A stretch of DNA of 63,824 bases, filler included, from Acidimicrobiia bacterium (GTDB taxonomy: Bacteria; Actinomycetota; Acidimicrobiia; Spongiisociales; SHLN01): NCBI GenBank assembly GCA_041619515.1. It is 4 parts of 4 records of this genome, joined end to end, with 100 filler letters (N's around TTAATTAATTAA, not from the genome) between each part and the next. Parts side by side here need not be neighbours in the genome. Positions count along the whole stretch, not along the records: positions 1 to 16,779 come from JBFKDW010000069.1; positions 16,880 to 33,319 come from JBFKDW010000070.1; 2 more parts are not named here. One strand, written 5' to 3'. A program made the translations under genes and the position numbers. This document shows positions 8,864 through 17,752 of the stretch, piece after piece. Numbering within the stretch: the first letter of the stretch is position 1; the number at the start of each line of letters is the position of its first letter. The notes under the pieces are model-generated. The model was not told where the DNA came from. It worked only from the letters and a program-made list of their open reading frames with translations, and ran no database searches.

Positions 8864-9354
8864 GAGCCGCCGGTGAAATCCTCGGGCTGAACCGTATCGA
8901 GAAACTCGCGGAAGCGCTCCACCTCGGCTTCCTCGTCGTCATCTTCCTTGATTTCGACTCCGGCCTCGTCCAACACCTCCGGAGAGGCGTAGAGCTTGGC
9001 ATCGGTGCGGGCGGCAAGCGCGATGGCGTCGGAGGGACGGGAGGAAACAACGACTTCCTGACCTGCTGTTGCCAGCACCAGGTCGGCGTAGTAAATCCCC
9101 TCACGCAGATCGTTGACCACAACCCGCTCAATCGTGGCGCCGAGGCCGATGGTCACGTTGCGCAGCAGGTCGTGGGTGAGGGGTCGCTGCGGCTCGACGC
9201 CTTCGAGGGCGAAGGCAATCGCAGTTGCCTCGGTTGCCCCGATCCAGATCGGCAGGTAGCGGACCCCGTCGGCTTCACGCAGCAACACGATCGGCTGGTT
9301 GGTCGGCAGCTCGATCCGCACTCCAACCAGCTCCATGGGGATTCCATAGCTCAC
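8860..9354 (-). CDS. Bifunctional nuclease family protein (DUF151, Rv1829-like)
   Basis: LPIWIGATEA, RPLTHDL, SRPSDAIALA, FREFLDTVQPEDF. Confidence 0.9.
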   Translation of the reverse strand: MSYGIPMELVGVRIELPTNQPIVLLREADGVRYLPIWIGATEATAIAFALEGVEPQRPLTHDLLRNVTIGLGATIERVVVNDLREGIYYADLVLATAGQEVVVSSRPSDAIALAARTDAKLYASPEVLDEAGVEIKEDDDEEAEVERFREFLDTVQPEDFTGGS

Positions 9355-9932
9355 GGGGCAACCCTATCACTGCTCGCGATGGTCCTTTGAAGGACTTCGG
9401 GGTCGGCGGTGAAGCGGACGAAATCCTGCACTGCCCACAGCGACGGGAGGTTGCGATACCGGCCGGCGTAATCGAGCCCGTATCCGAGCAGAAACTCCTC
9501 CCCCACCTCGAACCCGCGGTACTCGAGGGGCACGTCGACGATCCGACGCGGCGCCTTGTCGATGAGCGTGACCGTGCGCAGCGATGCCACCCGGCGGGTG
9601 TGAAACAGCTCACGGAGAAAGGAGAGTGTCAGGCCGGTATCGACCAGGTCCTCGACCAGCAGGACATGGCGGCCCTGCAGCGAGATGCTGGTATCCATGG
9701 CGATGCGGACTCTGCCGCCCTCGCCGAATCTGCTCACAGCCAGGAACTCCACCTCGTGATGCATATCGAGATTGCGGACGAGATCGGCCAGAAACAGGAG
9801 CGCGGCGTTGAGAACCCCGACGACAACGGGAGTCTTGCCCCGGTATTCCGCCGATATCTCAGATCCGAGGTCGGCGACGCGGGTTTGCACCGCGTCGGCT
9901 GCGACCACTTCGGTAACGATCTCGTCGATCAC
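9351..9932 (-). CDS. hpt: Hypoxanthine phosphoribosyltransferase
   Basis: LLVEDLVDTGLTL PRPP motif, FLLGYGLDYAGRYRNLP; GTGA overlap with the upstream stop. Confidence 0.88.
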   Translation of the reverse strand: MIDEIVTEVVAADAVQTRVADLGSEISAEYRGKTPVVVGVLNAALLFLADLVRNLDMHHEVEFLAVSRFGEGGRVRIAMDTSISLQGRHVLLVEDLVDTGLTLSFLRELFHTRRVASLRTVTLIDKAPRRIVDVPLEYRGFEVGEEFLLGYGLDYAGRYRNLPSLWAVQDFVRFTADPEVLQRTIASSDRVAP

Positions 9933-10873
9933 CACTCCGGCAGCTCTCGCTTCCACAATCCGAGGAGATGAGCCACCCGGGCCACGGATTCCCGGGAGAG
10001 AACCGTCCGCACCAGCTTCGCCTCCTGCCGATCTTCGGTTAGAGGCAACAGCCTACGCTCTGTGCTGCCGAACACGGCAAAGCTGTACTCGAGCAAGGCA
10101 GCCGCATCGGCGTTGGCATTGGTCGAGCCCATGACGACTGCGTACATGCGGCGGCCGTCGCGCTCGGCGGCCGCCACGAGCACGTCACCGGCCCGGGTGG
10201 TCCATCCGGTCTTGACCCCGATGGCGCCGTCGAAGAAGCCGAGCAGCTCGTTGGTGGACCGCCAGCGGCTGCTCGATCCACCCTCGCCCGCCAGCGTCGA
10301 CTCCGGGCGGGCGGCCAGGCGTGCCAGCACCGGAGTGGCCATGACATGGCGGGCGAGCGTCAGCAGATCCCGGGCACTGGTGTACTGACCGTCGGCGTCC
10401 AGCCCGTGAGGATTGACGTATGCGGTGTCGCTCAAGCCGAGGTCCCCGGCGCGACCATTCATCATCGCAACGAACGAGTCGACGTCGCCACCGACGTGTT
10501 CGGCGAGCGCAACCGCGGCATCGTTGGCCGACACCACCATCACCGCCTCGAGCAGCTCTCCCACGGTCCAGCTCTCCCCCTCCCGAAGCCCGATTTGCTT
10601 GTGGCCCGTGGCCGCAGATCGGCGGCTGATCGTCACCTCATCCGCCGGCCGAGCATGTTCGGCGACGAGCAGGGCCGTCATGAGCTTGGTCGTCGAAGCC
10701 ATCGGCGCCCGGCGTTCGGGCTGATAGGAATCGACCTCGTACCCGTAGGTGTCGTCGTACGCCAGCCAGGAACGCCCCGCGATCGGTCCCAGGACGGGCG
10801 CGTCGGAATGCGCCTCTGGCAGGCGCGGCACCGCCGGGGGGAAGGCCAGCGCCAGGATCAGCAGAACTACCAA
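9929..10873 (-). CDS. D-alanyl-D-alanine carboxypeptidase (peptidase S11)
   Basis: SxxK (ASTTK), SAN, NPHGL, KTG motifs; signal peptide. Confidence 0.88.
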   Translation of the reverse strand: MVVLLILALAFPPAVPRLPEAHSDAPVLGPIAGRSWLAYDDTYGYEVDSYQPERRAPMASTTKLMTALLVAEHARPADEVTISRRSAATGHKQIGLREGESWTVGELLEAVMVVSANDAAVALAEHVGGDVDSFVAMMNGRAGDLGLSDTAYVNPHGLDADGQYTSARDLLTLARHVMATPVLARLAARPESTLAGEGGSSSRWRSTNELLGFFDGAIGVKTGWTTRAGDVLVAAAERDGRRMYAVVMGSTNANADAAALLEYSFAVFGSTERRLLPLTEDRQEAKLVRTVLSRESVARVAHLLGLWKRELPEW

Positions 10874-11566
10874 CTACTCCTCTAGGTATCCGGCGAGGGT
10901 CGATCGCACTATCGCTTGCTGCAGTTCCCCGACGGCCTGGGCGCAGTCGGCGAGCACCTCGGCGGCTCGCCGCCGCGTGTCGGGGTTGCCGTGGCGCAGC
11001 AGTGGGACGGTGAGCTGGTGCAGCAGCTCACTCGACCGTTCGGCCCCGAGCCGCAAGGTCCGGAGGTGACGCGCTTCGAGGCCATTGCGGAGCAGTCGGG
11101 CCGCTGCCTGGGCGACACTCAGGTCGTCGCCGCCGAACACTTCCGAGGCTCCTGGCCCGGAGTGCGGTTGGATCACGTGATTCTCGATGAGCAGCGCCAG
11201 ATCGGCCGATGACAGGCCGGCGGCGCGGCTGAGCTCCTCCCGGTTCATCTCGGTGGGCGAGACGGCAAAATACGTGCCGGGTGGAGGGCCGCTCGGAGCA
11301 TCGGCCGGGACCTCCCCGCGTTCCCAGGCATTGAGCTTCGATTTGATCACCTTGAGTGGCAGAAAGTGGTCCCGCTGCTGCTGGAGGATGTAGCGAATGC
11401 GGCTCACGTCCTCCGGGGTGAACTCCCGGTAGCCCGATTTGCTCCTGCGTGGCTTGACCATCCCTTTGGTTTCGAGAAAGCGCACTTTGGAGACCGTGAT
11501 CTCCGGGAACTCCGGCCGCAGGTTGTTGATGACTTCACCGATGGTCCTGACCCGGGAGTCAGCCAT
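10874..11566 (-). CDS. MerR family regulator (Rv1828/FtsR-like)
   Basis: TIGEVINNLRPEFPEITVSKVRFLE, SGYREF, LPLKVIK; lies downstream of the FHA gene. Confidence 0.85.
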   Translation of the reverse strand: MADSRVRTIGEVINNLRPEFPEITVSKVRFLETKGMVKPRRSKSGYREFTPEDVSRIRYILQQQRDHFLPLKVIKSKLNAWERGEVPADAPSGPPPGTYFAVSPTEMNREELSRAAGLSSADLALLIENHVIQPHSGPGASEVFGGDDLSVAQAAARLLRNGLEARHLRTLRLGAERSSELLHQLTVPLLRHGNPDTRRRAAEVLADCAQAVGELQQAIVRSTLAGYLEE

Positions 11567-11972
11567 CGCCGTACACCAGGATGAGGTGATACTTGCCGAC
11601 GATGATCTCGTCGCCCGGGCGCACCAGCGCCTCGTCGAGGCGCTCCCCGTTGATGTAGATGCCGTTGGTGGAGCCCGCATCCTTGATGTGGGGCGGGCCC
11701 GCCTCCGCAATGGTCAGCTCGGCATGGCGCCGCGACACGGTGACATCGTCCAGGAAGATGTCCTGGTCGGGGCCGCGTCCGATCTTGGTTACGCCCGGTT
11801 CGAGCACCCATGTGAGCCCGGCTCGCGGGCCGCGATCGACCACGAGCGCGTACCCGGCCACCCCTTCGACGTCGGTCGGCGGGCTGAGAGCCGGATCGTG
11901 GTCCGAGTCGAGCGGCACGAACGTAACCGTCGGGTGTTGCTCTTCGTCGGGGTTTGGCTGTTCTCCCTCCAT
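11559..11972 (-). CDS. FHA domain protein (GarA/OdhI-like)
   Basis: IGRGPDQDIFLDDVTVSRRHA, DAGSTNG; synteny with gcvH. Confidence 0.88.
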   Translation of the reverse strand: MEGEQPNPDEEQHPTVTFVPLDSDHDPALSPPTDVEGVAGYALVVDRGPRAGLTWVLEPGVTKIGRGPDQDIFLDDVTVSRRHAELTIAEAGPPHIKDAGSTNGIYINGERLDEALVRPGDEIIVGKYHLILVYGDG

Positions 11973-12010
11973 CGCCCCAATCGTAGTTTGCCGGCGGGAC
12001 GAAACCGCGC

Positions 12011-12391
12011 CTACTCGGTGAGCGCCCGGTAGGCGGCGGCGTCGATGAGGGCACTTCGGTCGGCGTCGGCGGCCGGCTCGATCACGAAAAACCAGCCGGC
12101 ACCGTACGGGTCGGCGTTGACCAGGTCGGGGCTGTCGCCCAGGGCCTCGTTCACCTCGGCGACGGTGCCCGCCACCGGCATGTAGATTTCGCTGACGGAC
12201 TTGGTGGACTCGACTTCGGCCACGACCCCGCCGGCTTCGTACGTCCCTCCACCGGCGGGAAGATCCACGTAGACGACATCGCCGAGGGCATCCTGAGCAA
12301 AGTCGGTGATCCCGACTCTGAGGCGACCATCCTCCATCTCGGCTACCCACTCGTGTTCGGCGGTGTAGGCGAGGTCCTCGGGCGTGTTCAT
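12011..12391 (-). CDS. gcvH: Glycine cleavage system H protein
   Basis: HEWV, GITDFAQDALGD, VESTKSVS lipoyl Lys, DPYGAGW. Confidence 0.95.
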   Translation of the reverse strand: MNTPEDLAYTAEHEWVAEMEDGRLRVGITDFAQDALGDVVYVDLPAGGGTYEAGGVVAEVESTKSVSEIYMPVAGTVAEVNEALGDSPDLVNADPYGAGWFFVIEPAADADRSALIDAAAYRALTE

Positions 12392-12948
12392 GGTGTGCTC
12401 CCGTCGTCCAATGCCGCCAATTTAGCCCTCACGTCCCGGGCATAGTCAATCAGCACGCGGTAGTAGATCACGAGCCCCACGGTCCCCACTCCGAAGGCGA
12501 TCGCCTCCAGCCAGCCCCATTCCCACCCTTCCGCCCAGTAGAACCAGGTGACGGCGCTGTACACCATGAACGTTGCCAATTTCCCTATGTAGCGGACTTC
12601 GACGGTGCGATCGGCCCCCCGCACGAACACGACGATGGCGGCCAGGCCGACGAGGGACTCCCGGACGATGAGGGCAGCGGCGAACCAGGGGGCCAACACC
12701 CCGGCAACCCACCCGAACACGACCGCGACCGCAACTGCAATACGATCGGCCAGGGGATCGAGCAGCTTGCCCAGCTCGGAGACCTGATTGAGACGGCGGG
12801 CCAGGTAGCCGTCGATCCAGTCGCTCCAGGCGATGAAGAAGAACAGCGACCCTGCCCCGGCCGGGTCGTCCTTGCCCAGCAGCAACCACAGGAACACCGG
12901 CACGAGCCCCAGCCGGATGAGGGAAATGAGGTTGGGGATCGTTAGCAC
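12388..12948 (-). CDS. CDP-alcohol phosphatidyltransferase (PgsA2-like)
   Basis: TIPNLISLIR, DWIDGYLARR...GKLLDPLAD. Confidence 0.9.
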   Translation of the reverse strand: MLTIPNLISLIRLGLVPVFLWLLLGKDDPAGAGSLFFFIAWSDWIDGYLARRLNQVSELGKLLDPLADRIAVAVAVVFGWVAGVLAPWFAAALIVRESLVGLAAIVVFVRGADRTVEVRYIGKLATFMVYSAVTWFYWAEGWEWGWLEAIAFGVGTVGLVIYYRVLIDYARDVRAKLAALDDGSTP

Positions 12949-13028
12949 GGGTTTGAGAGTAGTTAGCTCCTCGCGTCCGGCCCGGTTGCTGGGTAATCTG
13001 CCCGGTACTTACTTCCCTCGGAGGCCCC

Positions 13029-13676
13029 ATGCGCGGCGACATCATCATCGTCGAGGACCACCATCGAGCGGCCGCCGCTCGAATTGTCGAGCAGATTGCG
13101 CCGGCCATCGAGGCCAAGCAGGGTCGATACGTGATCACGGTCGCCGGCGAGTCCGGCAGTGGCAAATCTGAGACGGCCCAGGCCCTTGCCGAAGCTCTAT
13201 CCGAGCGGGGAATTCTCGCAGCCATCTATCAGCAGGACGACTACTTCGTCCATCCGCCAAAAACCAATGACCGCACCAGGCGTGATGACATCTCGTGGGT
13301 GGGTTCGCACGAGGTGCGGCTCGATCTGCTGGATGCACACCTCCAGCTGGCCCTCGACGGAGCCGATGAGGTCGAGAAACCGCTCGTGATCTACGAGGAA
13401 GACAGGATAGACAGTGAGGTCATGGACCTGCGAGGCGTCAAGGTCGTGATTGCGGAAGGCACCTACACGAGCCTGCTCGAACACGTGGATACACGCGTGT
13501 TCATCGCCCGCAACCGGCTGGACACCGCCGAGCATCGACGCAAGCGAGGCCGGGAGGGCTTCGATCCCTTCCTCGAAGAGGTGTTGACGATCGAGCACGA
13601 CATCATCTCGCAGCATCGTCGGCTGGCCGATGTGGTCATCACCCGCGAATACGACGTCGAGTTCCCGGAGAGCTAA
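13029..13676 (+). CDS. P-loop kinase (uridine kinase/phosphoribulokinase-like)
   Basis: Walker A GESGSGKS, QDDYF, IAEG; GGAGG RBS. Confidence 0.75.
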   Translation: MRGDIIIVEDHHRAAAARIVEQIAPAIEAKQGRYVITVAGESGSGKSETAQALAEALSERGILAAIYQQDDYFVHPPKTNDRTRRDDISWVGSHEVRLDLLDAHLQLALDGADEVEKPLVIYEEDRIDSEVMDLRGVKVVIAEGTYTSLLEHVDTRVFIARNRLDTAEHRRKRGREGFDPFLEEVLTIEHDIISQHRRLADVVITREYDVEFPES

Positions 13677-13680
13677 CTCG

Positions 13681-15819
13681 ATGGCCATCCACGTTCCCCG
13701 AGTGTTCCGGGGCTTCTACGACGCCTGGGAGCAGCATCAGGCCGACTTCGTGGCCGCCTATGCGACGGGCGAGACCTCATTCGTTCCCAACCTCCTGCCG
13801 GAGACCGCACTCGGGTTGTCGGCCGACTCGGTCCTCACCATCCTCAAGGGCCGCCTCGGGGACCGGGTCGACGCGGCGCTCGCCCGCGAGCACACCGACC
13901 CCGAGGTTCCCGCCGCGGAGCTGCCCCCCGGGATCGCATCTCCGGTCGCCGACTGGCCCGACGGCCGATGGCTGAAGACGTCCAACATGGTGGGCGTCAA
14001 CGTCAGGACCGTGCAGACCTTCTGGAACGTGGTCAAGTACCTGCTGACGGTGCCCGGACCCATCGATTCCGTGCACCTGCTTCCGATCTGGGAGCCGGGC
14101 GTGCTCGACAGCCTCTACGGGATGGCCTCATGGCGGCTGAACAGCGAGTTCTACGACGCCGAACTGGCCGGAGAAGTGCCCCACCTCGACTCGGCCGAAG
14201 CGCAGCTGCGGGCGGTCACCAACCTGATTCATGCCACCGGGCGCACCATCGGCATGGATGTCATCCCGCACACCGACCGCTACTCGGAGATGTCGCTCGC
14301 TCAGCCACACTATTTCGAATGGCTCCAGCGCCAGGATGTGCGCATCGTGGACCATTCCGACCGGCTCCACGAGGAGGTGGAGAGAGAGATCCTCCGCTGG
14401 CTGGAGGCGGCCGGTCCCGCCACGCTCGGTGCGTCCCATCCGACGGATCCGGGCGAGTTCTTCGGTGACGGGTTCAACGAGGTGGAGCGTCTCCGCATCC
14501 TCTTCGGCTCACCGAGTGACCGCATCGGGCGCCACCGCCGCCGGGGCGATCTGGTGGCGCATCTCGCCTCCTACGGATACGAACCGGTGCCGGCGACGAT
14601 GGGCACGCCGTTCCGTGGCATCGAGGTGGACACGCGCAATCAGGCGCTGGTAGTCGACGAGGACGGCAACACCTGGCGAGACTACGTGCTCGCCAAGCCG
14701 GAAGCGTTCTCCCGGGTGTTCAATCCGCTGTCTCGCTACAAGCTGTACGGACGCAAGGACAACAATCGTCATTGGGAGATCGATTTCAGCCATCCCCGAC
14801 CTGAGGTTTTCGACTATGTGGCCGGCCACTACGCCAGCGTGCAGCGCCGCTTTGGCTTCGACTTCATGCGCGGGGACATGTCCCACGTCCAGATGCGCCC
14901 GGACGGTGTTCCGCCTGCCCTCGACGAGTTCTACGACGTCCTCGGAACGATCAAGAACCAGATCAGAGAGCGCAACGGCGTGCCGTACTTCGGCTACTTC
15001 GCCGAGACGTTTCTGCCGCCCCGCGACGTCTTCGGTTTCGGCGAGGAGATCGACCATCTCGAAGCCGCCGACGCCGAGGTCACCCAGGGGGACCTGCAGT
15101 CCAACGCGCTCGGTACCTCCGAATTCCTCGTGCAGTTCCGCCAATACCTGGACATCGCAGCGACTCGAGCGTGTGCACCGGCCTTCACAATCATGACGCC
15201 GGACAAGGACGACCCCCGCTTCGACGAGCTGTACCGGCGCGGAAACGTGGTGCGTGCCTTCATCGGGCTGTTCCTCACCGACCTCCCCTCCTACGTTGCA
15301 CTCGGCTACGAGATCCGGGACGTCCACCTGACGCCGTGGCCAAACGAGCACTACACCAAGCTCTTCGTCTTTCACGAGCACGGCGAGGAAAACGTCTACC
15401 CCTCCAAGGCACGCCGGGGCCTTCGCTACCTGTGGGGGAAGAACGGCTCGCTGTTCGGAGCCATGACCCGCCTGCGACTGTACGCCGACTCCATCTTTCT
15501 CACCATCAAAGGACGCCCGATCCGGTGGCTGGTGCCGCCCGATCCCCGGGGATACCGTCGCGAGATCGCCTGGACCCAGTGGGAGCATCCTGATTATGTC
15601 TTCGTGACGAACCTCGACACCGAGAGCGCCGCCGGCTACTTCGCAATCCCCGCGATCCCCGATCTTGAGCCCGACGCGGGTCTGGCGTTGGAGTTCTCCA
15701 CCGAATCGGATATCTCCGATGCCAACCGTCTGCCTCCCTGGAACGGCAAGCACTTCAGAATCGAGAGCCTGGAACCGGAGGAGGCCCGGGTCTACCGGAT
15801 CGTGCGGCCCGAAGGATGA
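13681..15819 (+). CDS. Divergent alpha-amylase (GH13)-like protein
   Basis: VHLLPIWE, MDVIPH, GFDFMRGDMSH (nucleophile region), FAE (acid/base). Confidence 0.65.
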   Translation: MAIHVPRVFRGFYDAWEQHQADFVAAYATGETSFVPNLLPETALGLSADSVLTILKGRLGDRVDAALAREHTDPEVPAAELPPGIASPVADWPDGRWLKTSNMVGVNVRTVQTFWNVVKYLLTVPGPIDSVHLLPIWEPGVLDSLYGMASWRLNSEFYDAELAGEVPHLDSAEAQLRAVTNLIHATGRTIGMDVIPHTDRYSEMSLAQPHYFEWLQRQDVRIVDHSDRLHEEVEREILRWLEAAGPATLGASHPTDPGEFFGDGFNEVERLRILFGSPSDRIGRHRRRGDLVAHLASYGYEPVPATMGTPFRGIEVDTRNQALVVDEDGNTWRDYVLAKPEAFSRVFNPLSRYKLYGRKDNNRHWEIDFSHPRPEVFDYVAGHYASVQRRFGFDFMRGDMSHVQMRPDGVPPALDEFYDVLGTIKNQIRERNGVPYFGYFAETFLPPRDVFGFGEEIDHLEAADAEVTQGDLQSNALGTSEFLVQFRQYLDIAATRACAPAFTIMTPDKDDPRFDELYRRGNVVRAFIGLFLTDLPSYVALGYEIRDVHLTPWPNEHYTKLFVFHEHGEENVYPSKARRGLRYLWGKNGSLFGAMTRLRLYADSIFLTIKGRPIRWLVPPDPRGYRREIAWTQWEHPDYVFVTNLDTESAAGYFAIPAIPDLEPDAGLALEFSTESDISDANRLPPWNGKHFRIESLEPEEARVYRIVRPEG

Positions 15820-15942
15820 GCCAGCGCCCCTCGTGATTTCGGCACATTCCGCTCCTCCCCGGATGCGCGCGTCCCGTCAGGTCGAAGGGGCACGCGGCCG
15901 GCGGGGCCAAGCCCGGGACCATGGGAGCCCGGTGCAAACGTA

Positions 15943-15977
15943 AGCGGCCCGGGGCCGAAGCCCCGGGCCGCTGTTTT
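15943..15977. terminator. Intrinsic terminator between convergent genes
   Basis: 13-bp stem AGCGGCCCGGGGC-cgaa-GCCCCGGGCCGCT followed by GTTTT. Confidence 0.75.
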
Positions 15978-15990
15978 CGAGACGCCGGCC

Positions 15991-16779
15991 CTATCGGGCT
16001 TCGTCGGCATTCACCAGGTGCCACGACACTTTGCTGCCCGGCCGGACCAGAGCCAGGGCGGCAGCGCCGATAAGCAGGAGAACGAGTCCGGCGATGCCGA
16101 AGTCGATCGTCTCGAAACCGGTTGTCGGGAGCGCCTGCGCGAACCCGAAGTCTGCGATCAGCGACATCTGACCGTCGCTGAGGGTGATGGTGTACTTGCC
16201 GGCAGTGGTGAGCGCCGTGCTCTCGGGCGCTGTGCCGGTGACGACACTCACCTCGTAGGTGCCTGCGGTGAGGGCGGCGAACAGGTATTGGCCACTGGCC
16301 CCGGTCACCGCCGTCTGGGCCGTCCCCGTGGCGGTGTCGAGGAGCGAGACGGTCACGCCCGGCAGCGTGGCCTCACCGGCGTCGAATACGCCGTTGAGAT
16401 TGTCGTCCATCCACACCTGGTCTCCGATGCCGGCAGAGGCGAGGACCGCACCCTGGGCAAACCCGAAGTCGGCGTCGACGAAGTTCTCTCCTTCGCCCAG
16501 GTTGACCGTGAAGGCACCGACGGTGGTGAGGTCGGTGTTGGCGGGGGCGGTGGTGAGGTCCACGGTCACGTCGTAGCTGCCGGCCGAAAGCCCGCTGAAG
16601 GTGTACTGGCCGTCGGCGTCGGTGATGGCCTCCACCGCGCCACCCATCCCCTGGGCGGTGAGCAATACCCGGATGCCGGCCAAACCGGTCTCGGCTCCGT
16701 CCATCCAGCGGTTGCCGTTGGCGTCGAACCACACCGTATCGCCGATGGAGCCGACGAGCGGCTCGACAACGACCGGCGC
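15991..16779 (-). CDS. Surface protein with SdrD B-like repeats and LPXTG anchor (5' truncated by contig end)
   Basis: Repeats IGDxVWxDxNxNG...TDADGQY...ADFG; LPTTG followed by TM helix and basic tail. Confidence 0.85.
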   Translation of the reverse strand, partial: APVVVEPLVGSIGDTVWFDANGNRWMDGAETGLAGIRVLLTAQGMGGAVEAITDADGQYTFSGLSAGSYDVTVDLTTAPANTDLTTVGAFTVNLGEGENFVDADFGFAQGAVLASAGIGDQVWMDDNLNGVFDAGEATLPGVTVSLLDTATGTAQTAVTGASGQYLFAALTAGTYEVSVVTGTAPESTALTTAGKYTITLSDGQMSLIADFGFAQALPTTGFETIDFGIAGLVLLLIGAAALALVRPGSKVSWHLVNADEAR

Positions 16780-16879
16780 NNNNNNNNNNNNNNNNNNNNN
16801 NNNNNNNNNNNNNNNNNNNNNNNTTAATTAATTAANNNNNNNNNNNNNNNNNNNNNNNNNNNNNNNNNNNNNNNNNNNN
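16780..16879. other. Artificial contig linker
   Basis: N run flanking TTAATTAATTAA (stops in all six frames). Confidence 0.97.
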
Positions 16880-17063
16880 ACACGTCGGCCAAGCGGCCCG
16901 GCCGACAGATGGGAAAACCGATAAGCGCTTCGGTGCCGCATCCGACGTCCAGCCATCGTAGTCCCGGAGGAGCATCGAGACCCCTCACGAAATCCGATCC
17001 GAGCAGCCGGCTCCACCGGCCCATGAAGAGCTCATAGTCGCCGTCCCCATCCCAGCGATCCAT
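16880..17063 (-). CDS. Class I SAM-dependent methyltransferase, N-terminal fragment (truncated or degenerate)
   Basis: YELFMGRWSR...WLDVGCGT motif I; ends at the contig edge. Confidence 0.6.
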
Positions 17064-17195
17064 AGCCGGGCAGAGTAACCAGCGACAACCTCGCCCCACT
17101 ATTATCGGGCTGGCCTCGGCAGCCGGCTCAGACCGTCGATGACCAATCGGGCGGAGGGCGCGCCATGACTAGAGTCTCCGGATCGTGGGAGTGAT

Positions 17196-17693
17196 ATGAA
17201 GAGCATCGGATGGAAGGGCCTTGTCTGGCTCACCCTGCTGGTGCTGACGGTGACGGCCTGCCGCGGCGCCACCACTGAGACGACTGTCAGCGCAAATCAG
17301 GTGGTCGGAATCGACCTGTCCGGGCTCAGCTTTGACGTTCATCAGGAGCCCGGCTGAGGATGCTGCTCAGGGTGGGTCGGGTACCTGCAAGATCTCGGAG
17401 CAAGCGTCGATATCACTGAGGATCCTCAGCTGGCGGCATTCAAGGTGGAAAACGGCGTTCCGGAAGGGGCCGCCTCCTGCCACACCGCGCTGGTCGACGG
17501 ATACGTCATCGAAGGGCACGTGCCGGCGGGAGCGATCGTGCGGCTCCTCGACGAACGACCAAACGCCATCGGCCTCGCCCTCCCGGGTATGCCGGCAGAT
17601 TCACCGGGAATGGGTGGGACTCCCGAAACCTGGGAGGCACAACCCGTGGCTCTGATCGGGCCGAGCGGAGAGTTGATTCCTTTCGATTTCTGA
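17196..17693 (+). CDS. DUF411/CopG-like metal-binding lipoprotein with in-frame TGA (probable selenocysteine, codon 54)
   Basis: GGGAG RBS and ATG 17196; signal peptide with lipobox VTAC; HQEPG*GCCSGW...SCHTA...YVIEGHVP...LPGMPADSPGM in one frame; TGA at 17355-17357. Confidence 0.8.
17368..17387 (+). promoter_or_regulatory. Candidate bacterial SECIS hairpin
   Basis: CAGGGUG-GGUCGGG-UACCUG starts at +11 after the UGA; the loop begins with GG. Confidence 0.5.
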
Positions 17694-17752
17694 CACGCCC
17701 GCCCCCGGGGGTGGCCAACTCACGACCGCGCCGCCCGCGATACAGTCGGGGG

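Noticed and set aside
16780..16879. Identical N-TTAATTAATTAA-N blocks, also at 33320-33419 and 49822-49921
   Set aside because: Artificial contig joins. The contig lengths fall in order (16440, 16402), as in a size-sorted concatenation. ORFs reading into the Ns and gene neighbourhoods across them are not biological.
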